A DNA stretch of 64,000 nt from Klebsormidium nitens (Eukaryota > Plantae > Klebsormidiophyceae): contig DF237042.1 of NCBI GenBank assembly GCA_000708835.1, positions 1 to 64,000 on the forward strand, read 5' to 3'. How positions within the stretch are numbered: the stretch's first letter is position 1; every line of letters begins with the position of its first letter. The position numbers and the translations under genes are program-made. The notes under the pieces are model-generated. The model did not search any database. It saw nothing but the letters and a program-made list of their open reading frames with translations, and was not told the origin of the DNA. Positions 11,719 to 24,721 of the stretch are shown one piece after another.

Positions 11719-14700
11719 ATGTCCAAGCTACAGGGCCGCCCCGAAGCGGTCGCAAAGCAGATTACGGCCGTCGCATTTGGATTCTACACTGAGGAGGAGG
11801 TGCGCGCCATCAGCGTGAAGCAGATCACGTCGCCCGTCCTGTTTGACAACCTGCGGCACCCCGCTGCAGATGGCCTCTACGACGCGGCGCTTGGCCCGCT
11901 GGATGCCAAGGGCAGGTAAGGGCAGCCCGAAGGAGTGAGACTGCTTGCGTGGCAGAGCAGGAAGAGCTGCTGGCGCAATTGCAGGCACCCACCTCCCTAA
12001 GGCCCAGATGTCGTGTATGATGCTCCATGTGAGGGCCCAAAGGAGCGCTCATTGGACAGTAGCAGTCACGTGGCACAGTACTGTGAGTCAAGTTTGAGCT
12101 GCCAGCATTGCCTTCTGTAAGTGCCCCGGTCTCTTGTTCCTATCCTGCCTTGTCCTGATGCGCGCTGTGTGCTGCGCCAGCTGCGCAACATGTGGGCTGG
12201 GCTACTACGAGTGCCCCGGCCACTTTGGGCACATTGCGCTGGCGGTGCCGGTGTACCACCCGCTTGTGTTCCCCGTGCTCTACAAGCTGCTGCGTGCCAC
12301 CTGCCTCCACTGCCACCACTTCAAGATGGATGCCAAGCGGGTGAGCAGCCCGAGCCGTGCCTTATGAGGCCATGTGACAACCCCTATAGATGCGAAACGC
12401 GTTATTTATGGACCAGTGTTGCTCTATTGATCCACTCGCTCTCACGGCGGGACCTCAAGGCAAGCCAAAAGATTGTGAAGGGGCTGATGTGTGTCCAAGC
12501 TGGGAGACTGGTTCTTCAGTCAAAACGATGCAAATACTGAGTGGAAAATTTTGATGGAGAGTCCTTGAATTGGAGACCCCCGGTGCACTACTTTGCCTGG
12601 CTTGGTGCCTGGGGCTCCTCTTGGCGGGTGCCTACTGCTCACTGGTGCTGCTGGCCTGCGGCCCCCGCTGCAGGTAGCGCAGTTCTCGCAGCGGCTGCAC
12701 CTCATTGCGGCAGGGCGGCTCAAGGAGGCGCTGACCCTGGCTGACATCTACGGCAGCGCAGACAACAGCGCTAAGAAGAAGAAGGGCGACGAAATGGAAG
12801 GGGAATCTGTGGAGGACACGCCCCCACTGCCCGGGGTCAGCAGTGCGCTGGTGCTGCAGGACGCGCCCGCGGTGGATGTGCCGGCAGTGCGATGGACGTC
12901 GCATTGCCTGGCGGCGGCCCGTGATGTTGTGCGCGAATTTTTGGAGAAGGTGCCCAAGGCCAAGTGCGACAACTGCAGCGCGAGCGCGCCCGCACTCAAG
13001 GTGGAGGGCAAGAACAAGATCTTCCAGGTGCGCACCCAATGCCGACCCCCTGTCCTTCGGGACCTGGTGTTGATCAGAAAGCGGAATGAACCACTGCCGC
13101 AGGTACTCAGGGCACCCTTCTGAGTGGGCCGATCAGATTGCGCGCCGGTTGTTTTGGCCTGCGTGCTGCACTGTGTGAGCTCAGGTCGAGCTGGGGTGCC
13201 ACAACACTTGGCTTGACCTCAGCCTTTTTTCGGGGCTCCATCACGCTCACATATCATGCTAGCAAGGGAGGAAGGTTTCCCAGTTCTGTGGGTTTTTGAA
13301 ACAGTGCAGCCATGCTCTCAAAGTGAATTCGGGAGCCCTGATCGTTCTGCTGTCCTGGCTGGCAGATGCCGCTGGCGCCCAAGGCGGAGCGCGCCAATGC
13401 AGTGCTGGGCATCCATCTGCGCAGCGTGCTGGAGGGGGCCGCGCCTGTGGATGTGACCATGGAGGACACAGCGGGTGCGCAGGCGGTGGAGGGAGACAGC
13501 GACGAGGAGGGGGCGCTCCCACTCGCCGCGCCGGCCCCTAAGGCGACTCCGGACAAAGGTGCTACGCAAGACTTTCATGTTTAACAAGCTGCACAATTCG
13601 CGGCTTTCGGTGGAGATTCAGAACGGAAATCCTTGTTTTTAACCTCGTATTTCCCGTTTGCAAGAAGATAGATAATTCGTTTTTATCGCACTGCTGACAA
13701 AAGAGTGGCGACCTACTTGGACAAGTCATGCTCTTCCTGCTCCAAATGATCAATAAATCACTTCGTCGTTTCGTGCCTGCAACAAGGTTTGGTGCTGGGT
13801 CCCATTCCGTTTTCCTTCCCCTCTCCCACTTCCGACACATTTCTGTGTCCGGCTGCTTGCAGGGAAGCGGCGGCCGCAGTTCCTGACGTCCGTGGAGGTG
13901 CGCGAGCACTTGCGGCGGCTGTGGGACAGCGAGGGGCCCCTGCTGCGACTCATCTGGGCGGCAGGTTAGCCCGTGCTGCGCCCATCTGCCTTAGTTAACC
14001 CTTTCCTCTTGCCTCGCACTGCGTTTCTTGCTGAAATTGGTGTTCAGTGCGCTGGATCATTAGAAAGCGTAATCCGTGGACCTTTTCACGCAAGTTATCC
14101 ATCCCCGTCAACAAACTATCAGTTGGTGGTCGCGGTTGCAGTACGATATGCAGGCCTTGGCCGATTTGAAGTATCGAAGTTTCCACGGGACGTCGATCAG
14201 ATGCTTGACTTTAGAAACTCAATTTACAAATGAATGTGAGGGGTCGTATTTGCAAGATAGACACGATCTCATACAAGGCTCCATACCTGCACTGAGCCTT
14301 TACGTCCTTTTTCTCATTATGTCCCCTTGTGTGCCGTGCAGAGGCTGGGCCGGTGGCGCGGTCACGTGCCGGCGAGCGTGCGGCGCGGCGTGGCAACGAG
14401 GCGGACGCGCTGTTCCTGCAGGCGCTGCTGGTGCCGCCCAACAAGTTCCGGCCCACCAACAAGCTGGGGGACGTGGTACGGCGCCGCCCCCATGCTCAGC
14501 CGCACAGCCAGCAGGCTGCTCGCAAAGAGACGGCGACTAGATTTGTCTGAATGCTGGTGGACAGCTGGCGCCCTTGCAGAAGAAGCCCAAGCAGCTCGTG
14601 CCCCCTGCCCTCAGGGAGCATGCCCTGTTTGTGAACAGCCCACTCCTCTGGACGCCTCTGAACGTGTCCATCGCACTCAAGAGCTGACGCTCGCCTCGTG

Positions 14701-17700
14701 TGGTCGCTTGCGCAGCTGTTCGAGCACCCCCAGAACTTCCACCTCCAGCGCATCCTGACCGCCAACATGACACTCGCGGAGCGGCTGCGCGCGGGGGCGG
14801 GCTGGACGGCGGCGTGGCTGGAGCTGCAGCAGAACGTGAGCGGCCTGCTCGACAGCACGGCCGCCGCCAGCGCGCGCGCCGCGGGCCCGCCCGGCATCCG
14901 GCAGCAGCTGGAGAAGAAGGAGGGCCTGTTCCGCAAGAACATGATGGGCAAGCGCGTCAACTACGCGTGCCGCAGCGTCATCAGCCCGGACCCGTACATC
15001 GGCGTGGCCGAGATCGGCATCCCGCCGTACTTCGCCACGCGCCTCACCTTCCCCGAGAGCGTCACCCAGTGGAACGTCGACCAGCTGCGCGCCGCCGTCG
15101 AAAACGGGCCCGACGTGCACCCGGGAGGTGAGCGACCTTGTAGAGGATGAGAAGCCGTTTGAAATTGCCATCTAAAACAGGCTGGACGCAGGCACGGCTG
15201 GTCCGATTACAAGATGTAACCAAGGTCTTTGCAGGCGCCGAGGCTTACTTTTCCAGCAAGACAGCATCATGGGACGGGCTGCTTCCACTCTCATATTGGC
15301 TTGCCTCTTTTTCACGTAGTAAAACGGCAAGTCTTAGTTTTACTGTATTTTCCGAACTGTACAACGTCGTGTGCGGCTAGCAGATTGATGGTCTGGACCA
15401 AATTAGTCGCATTCGCGCCTCTTTCGATGATAAGACGTACAGTAAAACCGCTTAAGCCGCACTCACTTAAGGCCACCCCTTTTCGACGGGCCCGCAGAGC
15501 GGCGCAGATCGCTAGTTTCTCATCGAAGCTGCCGACGGACCACGTGAGAGACCGAAGGTGACGCTGTAACTTCAGACGGCTCAGATGTTGCCACGTTGCA
15601 ACAGCTTTGTCACATGGAACTGCCACGGTGGTCAGTAACCACCGGACGACGTGTATGAAGTACTTCATAAGCTATGATAAGCTTTTCCGAAAAATATCAA
15701 TCACTCAATCAATCATTCATTCAGTCGGCAAATCAATCAGTCAAACATTTCCACAACTTGCTTCTTCTCGCGGGAACATTGCCGGTTAGAAATTTCTCGA
15801 TTTCTCCGCCTTTCACTGGCATCAGAGGCAAACCCGCCGCCCCCCATGTCTATTGAAACCTCATTCAGCATGCTTCCAAATGCAATGATTACCCCGGCCG
15901 GCTGGATAAAGGCCTCCTCGTTGACTTTTATCATCCCAATCCGGCTCTATTTGTTCTGCCCCTGCAGCGACCCACGTGGAGAACGAGCGCGGCGTGCTGG
16001 TGAACCTGGCCGGCCGCACGGCCCAGCAGCGTGCGGCGATCGCGAAGACGCTGCTTTCGCTGCCGGGCGCGGGCGCGGGCACGTCGGCGGCGCGCGAGGG
16101 CGCCATGCAGGGGCGGCGTGCGGCGGCCAAGGCAGTATACCGCCACCTGCGCGACGGGGACTGCGTGCTGGTGAACCGGCAGCCGACGCTGCACAAGCCG
16201 GGGCTCATGGCACACAGCGCGCGCGTGCTGCGCGGGGAGAAGACGCTGCGCATGCACTACGCCAACTGCAGCACCTACAACGCGGACTTCGACGGCGACG
16301 AAATGAACGTGCACTTCCCGCAAGACGAGCTCGGCCGCGCCGAGGCCGCCGCCATCGTCTCCGCTGATGAACAGTACATTGTGCCCACCTCCGGCGCGCC
16401 CATCAGGGGCCTCATCCAGGTGCGCTCAGTGCATCGTTCGGGAACGGGGCTGTTGGATCCGACCAGCAGTACTGAATCTCAGACTTGAACAAGGGTCGTT
16501 ACTTTTGTCAGCTTTGAGAAGTGAGGATTTTGTGAGGTCAAGTGCCACATGGTTGTAAGCACCCTCATGGACAGTGGAGATGCACGTCTCCCGCACGGAG
16601 TCTGTAGATTCTACAATGCAAGACCGCTCCTGCCAATTCTACAGTCGTACTCGTGAGTCGTCCTCGTTGCCTGCCAAGTCAGCACGTTCCCTGTCCCGAC
16701 CCCCCCGTGCTCCCTTCGCAGGACCACATCGTGGCTGCGGCCTTGCTGACGTCACGCGACACGTTCCTGACTCGCTCTGAGTACGCGCATCTGGTGTACG
16801 CCGGCTGCGGCCCGCTGCGCACCGTGGCCGTGCCGGGGCGCGCTGCGGACGGGCGGCTGCTGTGCGTGGACAAGGTCTACACCGAGGCCGACGTGAAGCT
16901 CCTGCCGCCCGCGCTCGTGCGGCCCCGCCCGCTCTGGACGGGCAAGCAAGTGGTGGGTCGTCGATTCTTTCTCAAAAACATTGCAGGACGTCGTCCACAA
17001 CGTTCTGAAGTCCGGAGGACTTTCTCAAGCGGATGAGGTGCTACCAGCAAGTAGTTCCTAACGCCATCTTGTCTGGAATGTTGCGCTACCAATTCGTATT
17101 TCAAGAGGAGCAGTTCTACAGCAGTCGGGGGAGGACCACCTGCGTGCTTCCCGACCGCCGATGCTGCTCGCGCCTCGTACCTCGTCCGCCTCCCACGCTC
17201 CGCATGGGTGCGTGCAGGTGACGACGCTGCTGAACCAGCTGACGGCGGGGCAGCCGCCCCTGACGTTGACCGCTGGCACCAAGGTCCCCGCGGACTACTG
17301 GGGCCGCAGCAGCGGCGAGACGGAGGTGGTGCTGGCGGGGGGCGAGCTGGTGGCGGGCGTGCTGGACAAGGCGCAGTTCGGCAAGTACGGCCTCGTCCAC
17401 GCCGTGCAGGAGCTCTACGGCGCGCATGCCGCGGGGCGACTCCTCTCCGCGCTCTCGCGCCTCTTCACCGCCTTCCTCCAGGTACGGCACCGGGGGTAGC
17501 GGGGGGGGGTGAACGGCCCTTTCCCATGTGGCTTTTATCCCTGATATCAACATTTTGACGGGATTGGCTGTAAAGAGATTATCTTCTTTGGGTCGACGGA
17601 GCAGCTGATCTACCTCCTGAAGTGAATGATCACTCCCGAGCTAGCGACCGGCTCAGGTGCATCTGAGTCTGTTTATCTGCCCTGGCTTTCTAGGAGGCTC

Positions 17701-20700
17701 GGATGATTGGCGCTACGTGACAGCTCTCTTTTCCTGATGGGGCTGCTCCTTCTGTCCGCGCCTGCCCTGACGCCGCTGCCGCGTGCGTGTGCCAGATGCA
17801 CGGCTTCACGTGCAGCATCGACGACCTGCTGCTCACCCCCCCGGCCGAGGCCAGCCGTGCAGAGCGCATTCGCACTGCGGAGAACGAAGTGGGCGATCGC
17901 GTGCACGCCACCTTTGGAGGGGTCGCGGCCAAGGACCAGGTAATCTTCGGCCCGCAGCACGAGCTCTTGTCCTTTCTGAGCTAACTCGATCTCCCTTTGC
18001 CTGTTCATTCAGATGATTGGAGAGCATCAGTTCGTAACTTATAGCTCAAGGCAGCAGTCTTTGATTACAAGCGCGAAAAATCCTGATTTTGTCAATCCAC
18101 TTTTGGAAAGGCAAGCAGTATTCGTTGTGTTTCAAAAGCTGGGATATCTGCTCGTAATCGCTTCTCGTTCTTACCTACACGTTGCGCTGCCAGGAGGTGG
18201 CTGACGGCGCGGCCATCCGCGAAGGCGTGGGTGTGCGGCTGCGCACGGGCGGCGTGGCGGAGGGCGTGCGGCTGGACCTGGCCATGACCAGCGCGCTGAA
18301 CCCCATCACCAGCGCCGTCATCAAGGACTGCCTGCCGGGGGGGCAGCGCCGCCCCTTCCCGCACAACACCATGAGCCTCATGACCGTCACCGGCGCCAAG
18401 GGATCCATGGTCAGCGCCGTATTACCCGGTTTGAGAACGTCACATCTTGAATAGTTATCTGCTCATTGGCCTGGCCGCATGCAGCCTTGCTTCGTGTCGA
18501 CGCGTCCTGCTATTGCTGACGTCAGCTGACGCGCCTGCCCCTGTGGTTGTGTTGGCAGGTGAACGCGAGCCAGATCAGCGCTCTGCTGGGGCAGCAGGAG
18601 CTGGAGGGCCGCCGCGTGCCGCGCATGGCCAGCGGCAAGACGCTGCCGTGCTTTGCGCCCTTCGACACAGCGCCGCGCGCAGGCGGCTTCATCGCCGACC
18701 GCTTCCTGACCGGCCTCAAGCCGCAGGAGTACTACTTCCATTGCATGGCCGGGAGGGACGGGTGAGCACGCCTGCCCTGGCCCAAGCTGCGCTTTACAGT
18801 AGCTCTGGTGATGTAGCTCGGCTTCACTTATAGTTCAAGCATTTGTATATCAGTGTCGGCAGCTGCTTGCTTCCCTCTCCCAGGGGTTGCATGGTTGATC
18901 CCAGTGTATTCTTGCTTTCGTTCCATGTCACTTTTATTGCCGCATGTAGTTCTACGAAGGATTGCTATCGCCGTTGATTTCAAAAGACCTGCACGGGGCC
19001 GCCTGTTGCTTTCTTATCTTGCTTATCTAGCAGAATCTCAGACTCTAGCGTCCTCTCCGAGCAGGCTGGTGGACACCACGGTGAAGACGTCGCGCAGCGG
19101 GTACTTGCAGCGGTGCCTGGTGAAGAACCTGGAGTGTTTGGCGGTGGGGTACGACCACAGCGTGCGAGACAGCGACGGCGGCCTCGTGCAGTTCCTGTAC
19201 GGCGAGGACGGCCTCGACGTGACGCGCACCAGCCACCTGCGCAAGCTCGACTTCCTCGCGCGCAACCGTCACGCCGTCACCGCGCAGGCCTGCCTCGACG
19301 GCCTTGACGACGCAGGTCAGGCCCGGCGCCGCTGCAAACGCGAGCAACGCAAGATACCTGGAGACGGCTGGTCGATTCCAGTAGAACGAACAGGGTACAT
19401 TGATTGGTTCTGAGTGAGGCTGTTTTCGGGGCTGTTCTATCTCCAGATCTCTATTTCCAAAGCAAAATGCTGCGCAACTTAGTCCAGATATTATGGTTTC
19501 GAAGCGGAGCCAGTCGGCTGAGCAACCTCTGGCCTTCCAAGCTCGACAGCACCGCTGATTGCAGATCTGTCGTCTCTCATCAGGCGTGGAGCGGTTGAAG
19601 CACAAAAAGTCCAAGGCAGACCCTACGGCCGGAACGCGCGTCGAGGAGGACGACCCGCGCGAGCAGCAGCTGACGACGGCCCAGGACAGCAACCCCCCCA
19701 GCACGCTCGGCGCAGTGTCGGAGAGCTTCCGGGACGCGCTGGATGGCTTCCTGACGAGCGCCGCCGCCAAGGGGGCGGGCATCCGCGGCAAGGCGGCGCG
19801 CGGCGAGTTCCGGCGGGCCATGGAGGCGCGCTTCATGCAGAGCCTGGCGGCGCCGGGGGAGCCGGTCGGGGTGCTGGCCGCGCAGAGCATCGGGGAGCCG
19901 TCGACGCAGATGACGCTCAACACGTTCCACTTTGCGGGGCGGGGGGAGGCCAACGTGACGCTGGGGATCCCCCGGCTAAGAGAGATTCTGATGACGGCGG
20001 CCGCGAAGATTGCGACGCCCGTGATGACGATACCCATGAGAAAGGGCGTGGCCCGCAGCGAAGCGGAGGCGCTGGCGCGGCGGCTGACGCGGGTGACGCT
20101 GGCGGAGGTGTGTTCGGGAGTGGAGGTCGGGGAGCGGCCGCTGGTGCGCGCGGGGGGCAAGAACAGCCGCACGTACCGCATCACGCTGCGCTTCCACGCC
20201 GCTAAGCAGTACCCCGCGGGGCTGGAGCTGAGCCTGGAGGAGCTGGCAGGCGTGGTGCGGGAGGGGTTCGTGGGGCGGCTCAAGGCGGCCATCAAGGCGG
20301 CCAACAAAAAGGGCGCGCGCACGCTGGGGACGGTGCAGGTGAAGGGGGGGGACGAGCAGGCGGGGGAAGGAGACGACGAGGAGGGGGGGGGCGGCGCGAG
20401 GCGGGGCAGGAGGAAAGAGCAGGACGAAGACGAGCCGGAAGGTGCGCACAATGTTAGCAGCGTATGGCCAGAACGGTCTTTCTTTTTGAGCAAGTTTCAT
20501 GAAGCACTTCGTGGATTTGACGGGGTTAAAAAGTCGTTACCCTGTAGGTCAACGGAATGGGCTCATATGCCAAGCTTCAGCGTGTGGATAGCTTATCTGG
20601 GCAAATCGGATGCTTGCTTGATTGTTAGTCATTTAATGACGTTGCTGCTGCCTGATCATTTCTGCTTCTAGACTATCTCTTGTGCATGAGGAACAAGCAA

Positions 20701-22983
20701 GCCTTAACTTGACGAGCCGCTCACTTTGCCACAGGCGGCGAGGAGGAGGGCGAGGACTTGGCGCGCGAGACTGCGCGGCACACGCAGAACAAGAGCTACG
20801 ACGAGCCGGACGAGGAGGAGGCCGCCATGGCGGACAGCGCGCGGCGGCAGGCCGAGGAGCAGGAGGGGCTCGGATGGGGGGAGGATGACGACGGGGGTGA
20901 GGGGACGCGCGACCTGGAACTTGGCCAACTTTGAGACATGTTCAAAGGGCGCTGTGGACAGGCGGAAGTCTACTCAAGAAGCCCAGTTTCTTCGTGGGTG
21001 GAAAGTCGAGACTTACTGCTCATGCTAGCAATCGCGAGAAAGCGGCAAACTCTTCAGGGATGGCTATTATGATGTTCCTTGACTGCCTTGATTGCAAAGT
21101 TCCCCGGCCGATTGACGATAAACGTGGAATGCGATGCCTCACGAGCGGTGCTTCAGATTTTGGAGCAGCATTGTGGATCTGGTAAACTGGTTCGCCGACA
21201 AGGTGCTGTTAGGAGCCAATTAAACACCTTTGCCAGATCGCAAGGGAACTTGTGCACCTGGAGGGCACCACTAGCTGAACAGTCGAGCGACGCCGTTCGC
21301 ATCACTCGCATGACCCTTGGTGGTATTCTTTGCCCGTGCAGGCGAGCGGCCGTCCACGAGCAACAGGGAAAACGGCGAGGATACATCAACGGCTGTCGTG
21401 CCAGTGCGGGGGAAGACGGGCGCGGCGGGCAAAGCGAAAGAGACGGAGGCGGAGGCGGCAGCCAGGGTGACGGCGGGGGACAACAGCTGCAGTGTAGAAA
21501 TCACGGTGCCGGTCGGCTCGCCCAAGCTCATGATGCTCGAGGTGAGGCGGCGGAACAATGTCAACGTGAGGGGCTTACCCTTCACTCTGAGATAACTAAA
21601 AGATGGCGCTTTGACGCTACCTCACTGTCCGCCTGACTGCCTTCCCTTCACATTGGCGATTCAGGGCGTATGAGCAACTTCTTCCTCGTGCTTCTTGCGA
21701 TCGTGCACCATCATGGGGGCCACGAGGGCGTTTGTGTTGCTTGCACCGTTGGAAACTCTGCGTGTCGAGTGCCTTCGGTGTTGAGAAGCGGCTTTTCCAG
21801 GCAGTGGTTAAGCGCTCACGCTTTGGCTTGACGTGCGACGGCTCGTTTGCAGATCGTGGAGAAGGTGTTGGCGGGGGTGGAGGTGCGGCACGTGCCCGGC
21901 ATCGCGCGCGCGTTCGTGCTGGAAGGGGAGGACTCCGCGGGGCAGATTCGGTTACAAACGGACGGCATCAACTTCGAGGGCGTCATGAATTACGCTGACG
22001 TCGTGGATGTCGACAGGATCACTACCAACGACGTCACCGCCATGCTGCGCATGTGAGTGTGTGCCGCCCGTTGGCCGGGCAGGCCAACCGCTCGCGACCA
22101 TGACGGACGCTTGTCTGCCAATGTGCGCGGTCAAGCGCTTTCCTTTGAACGGACCGCAGGCTGAGGTTTGTCGATCTCTGTTGCGCGCCGACTGTTGTTC
22201 AGCAAGTGGCAGCGCAACCTCGAGCGGGTCCAGTTCTTGCGGCGCCTTGTTGACACCAGCCGCTGGATCTGGCTACTCCGCAGGTACGGCGTGGAGGTTG
22301 CGCGCGCGACGATCCTGAGCGAGGTGTCGGCGGTGTTTGGCGCGTACGGCATCGCGGTCGACCAGCGCCACCTGAGCCTCATCGCCGACTTCATGACCTT
22401 CCACGGCGCCTACAGGTCAGCGCCCACGCGCGGGGTCGCCGGCCGGACTGCCCGCGCGAGCTCCCTCATTGGCGTTTGCTCCGGACGGATCTTGCCCCCC
22501 AAGCTTGTTTTCCGAATTGCTCTGCCCTATGTTCTAATAGAGAGAGTCTGGTGTACATTATTGCTTATCGACGCCGCTGGCGTCTCTTTCTCCGCCCGCC
22601 TGCTTGCCCCATTTCCTGCGGAAGGTCGACATTCTCGGCGGCCCCTTCTGTGGTGGAGCATGGGCCTTCTGATCGTCGGGCTGTTGCTGACGCCCTTCGT
22701 GTTCTGGAGTGCCTCTGACCCGCGGTGGTCGCTCGTCTGTTGCAGGCCGTGCAACCGGCTGGGCATCGAGAGCAGCCCGTCGCCGTTCCTGAAGATGAGC
22801 TTCGAGACGGCGACCCACTTCTTGACGGACGCCACGCTGCAGGGCCAGACGGACCACCTGGAGTCGCCCTCCGCGCGCATCGTCGTCGGCCGCGTCGTCG
22901 AGGTCGGCACCGGCGCCTTCGACCTCCTCCAAAACGTCGGCCTCGCGCGTCCCGCGGCCGCGCCCGCCAGCAACGGCAGCTAG
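11719..22983 (+). CDS. NRPA1: DNA-directed RNA polymerase I largest subunit (~20 exons)
   Basis: Clamp Zn motif [34 protein letters not shown], catalytic NADFDGD (~16279-16299), [53 protein letters not shown], and a Pol I-type acidic jaw insertion with [10 protein letters not shown] (~20340-20900). It ends [16 protein letters not shown]. All introns read are GT-AG. Confidence 0.97.
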
Positions 22984-24721
22984 CCCCCCGGGGCGCACAA
23001 CAATAGTGGCCGGAAACCGTGTGTACAGAACGTGCGGGGGACGGTTGTGGTTTAAGATGGGTGCGTCCTCAGCAGGACAATGCGAGTTACTTGTTTGAAT
23101 GAGCTGGTAAGGCAAGTGTTTTTGGAACCTATGCTGTTCAACAGGCCAGAGTAAGGTCTGTGTTTTCCGGACTAGTTGCATACTACCTTTGTCCAATCTA
23201 GTCGGGACTAAATCCATCATGTTACAACTCAACAAGATTTGCTCAGGCGGCAAGCTTTGCCCTTGTGAGCAAGTGTTCAAGGAGTCACGGCCTGAGCGGA
23301 GTCTTATGCCGGGTGAACCAATGGGACAGGCTGCCAGAGCGGTGTCTGCGCTGAGCTTCTGGTTGCACTAAGGCTGACGGGACTCTAGTCCAAGCGCGTT
23401 GTGATGGAGTCTCTGAATTCGTCTGGCCGGCCCTGCGCAGGATTGTCTAGCTTGCATGAAGCTACCGTCTCGATTTTCCCTGCAACGTTTGCCACGATCG
23501 GATTGCGCCCTTGATTGCCAACGCTAACATGTATAGCCGCAGGACATTCAAGGGGATTCTTGTAGAAGAAGGTCCAGGGCACCCTAGCCGCTGCCAGAGC
23601 TAGATCAGTACGATGGCTGTCCGATCGCATAGGCTGGCATGCAAGCAGAGTTAAATCTTCGACTGAGAACCGTGACTAAATTGAGAATATGTATTGCCAA
23701 GAGCGGAGAGTAGCACGAGCCTGTGTTTTATCCCTCGAATTTATATTACGCGATTTAATTGGACCCATTTCGCGTCAAAGTTTTAGATGGCCCACGGGCC
23801 ACAACCTTCCTCCCGGCCAATTTTGCTTAAGTCGTCCTTTTTCTTCACAATCTCCGATCGATCGCATGTGCAGCAACTTATTGCCCTTTATAACCCTTTA
23901 TATATAATTAGGGTGACCGTCAAGATTCTCCCGTCATTTCACGCGTACCGTACGGAGAAGGAGATTGTTAAGGAACAAGCCAGTGGCTGTCGCTTGCACC
24001 TGGCGCTGCCGCGGCACCGACTCGCAGCTCAATGTAGCGCCCGCCCGTTTGAACGGTGCTTGATTAGTAGCTATACCGGGGGGGGGGGTATGCGTTCTTA
24101 CATGGTTCATTGAATCCGCGCGGCGAGCCCGAGTTGATCGGACGCAGACTTAAGACTCGAGGGCCGGGCGCCGCGGCTGCGCACTCTTGGCTATTCAAAT
24201 GAGCTAATTGAGGCCGCCTTTGAATCCACTACATCTCAACTCGGAAAGCGCAAAATTCGGATCCCATGCAATGGCTGACGGGCCCCATGTCACGCACGCA
24301 CTGAATAGGTATCCAGGCCGGATTCTTTAGGGTCCAGATCTGGAATTTAAGCTGCTTGGCCGCGCTCTTATGTATATGGTTCAGCGCCGGCCCCTACAGC
24401 AACGGCCTGCCGGGCATATAGTAGCGTGCATGCGCTCCGTAATTGGACAAGCTCGGGTGATCGAGCGCCTAGGACGAGCACATGCACGGGTCTGACCATC
24501 ATGGCATGTTATCACATGTTATAATTGCAGGTCAATTATTGATTCTCTTTGGATGCCTGCAGGCTCAGTGATGTGCGATTTGCAACGCTTACAACCGTTG
24601 AGCCTACATGGAAAGACGGACAGCATGCAGGATTAAAGACCTCCGAACATCCCAAGCCTGAAGAATCGACCACCCCTGCCCCCCGGCAATCGACGACAGG
24701 AGCAGATTGTCAGACTTGTGT

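Noticed and set aside
15695-15745. (TCAA/TCAT)n tract in an RPA1 intron
   Set aside because: Ordinary degenerate microsatellite.
20340-20410. G-quadruplex in an RPA1 exon
   Set aside because: G-runs are explained by Gly/Glu codons of the acidic insertion, and the loops are long.
19045-20493. 482-aa antisense ORF, and the many other long GC-rich ORFs in the track
   Set aside because: It is the mirror of a long GC3-rich RPA1 exon; stop codons are rare on the antisense strand of such sequence. No motifs.
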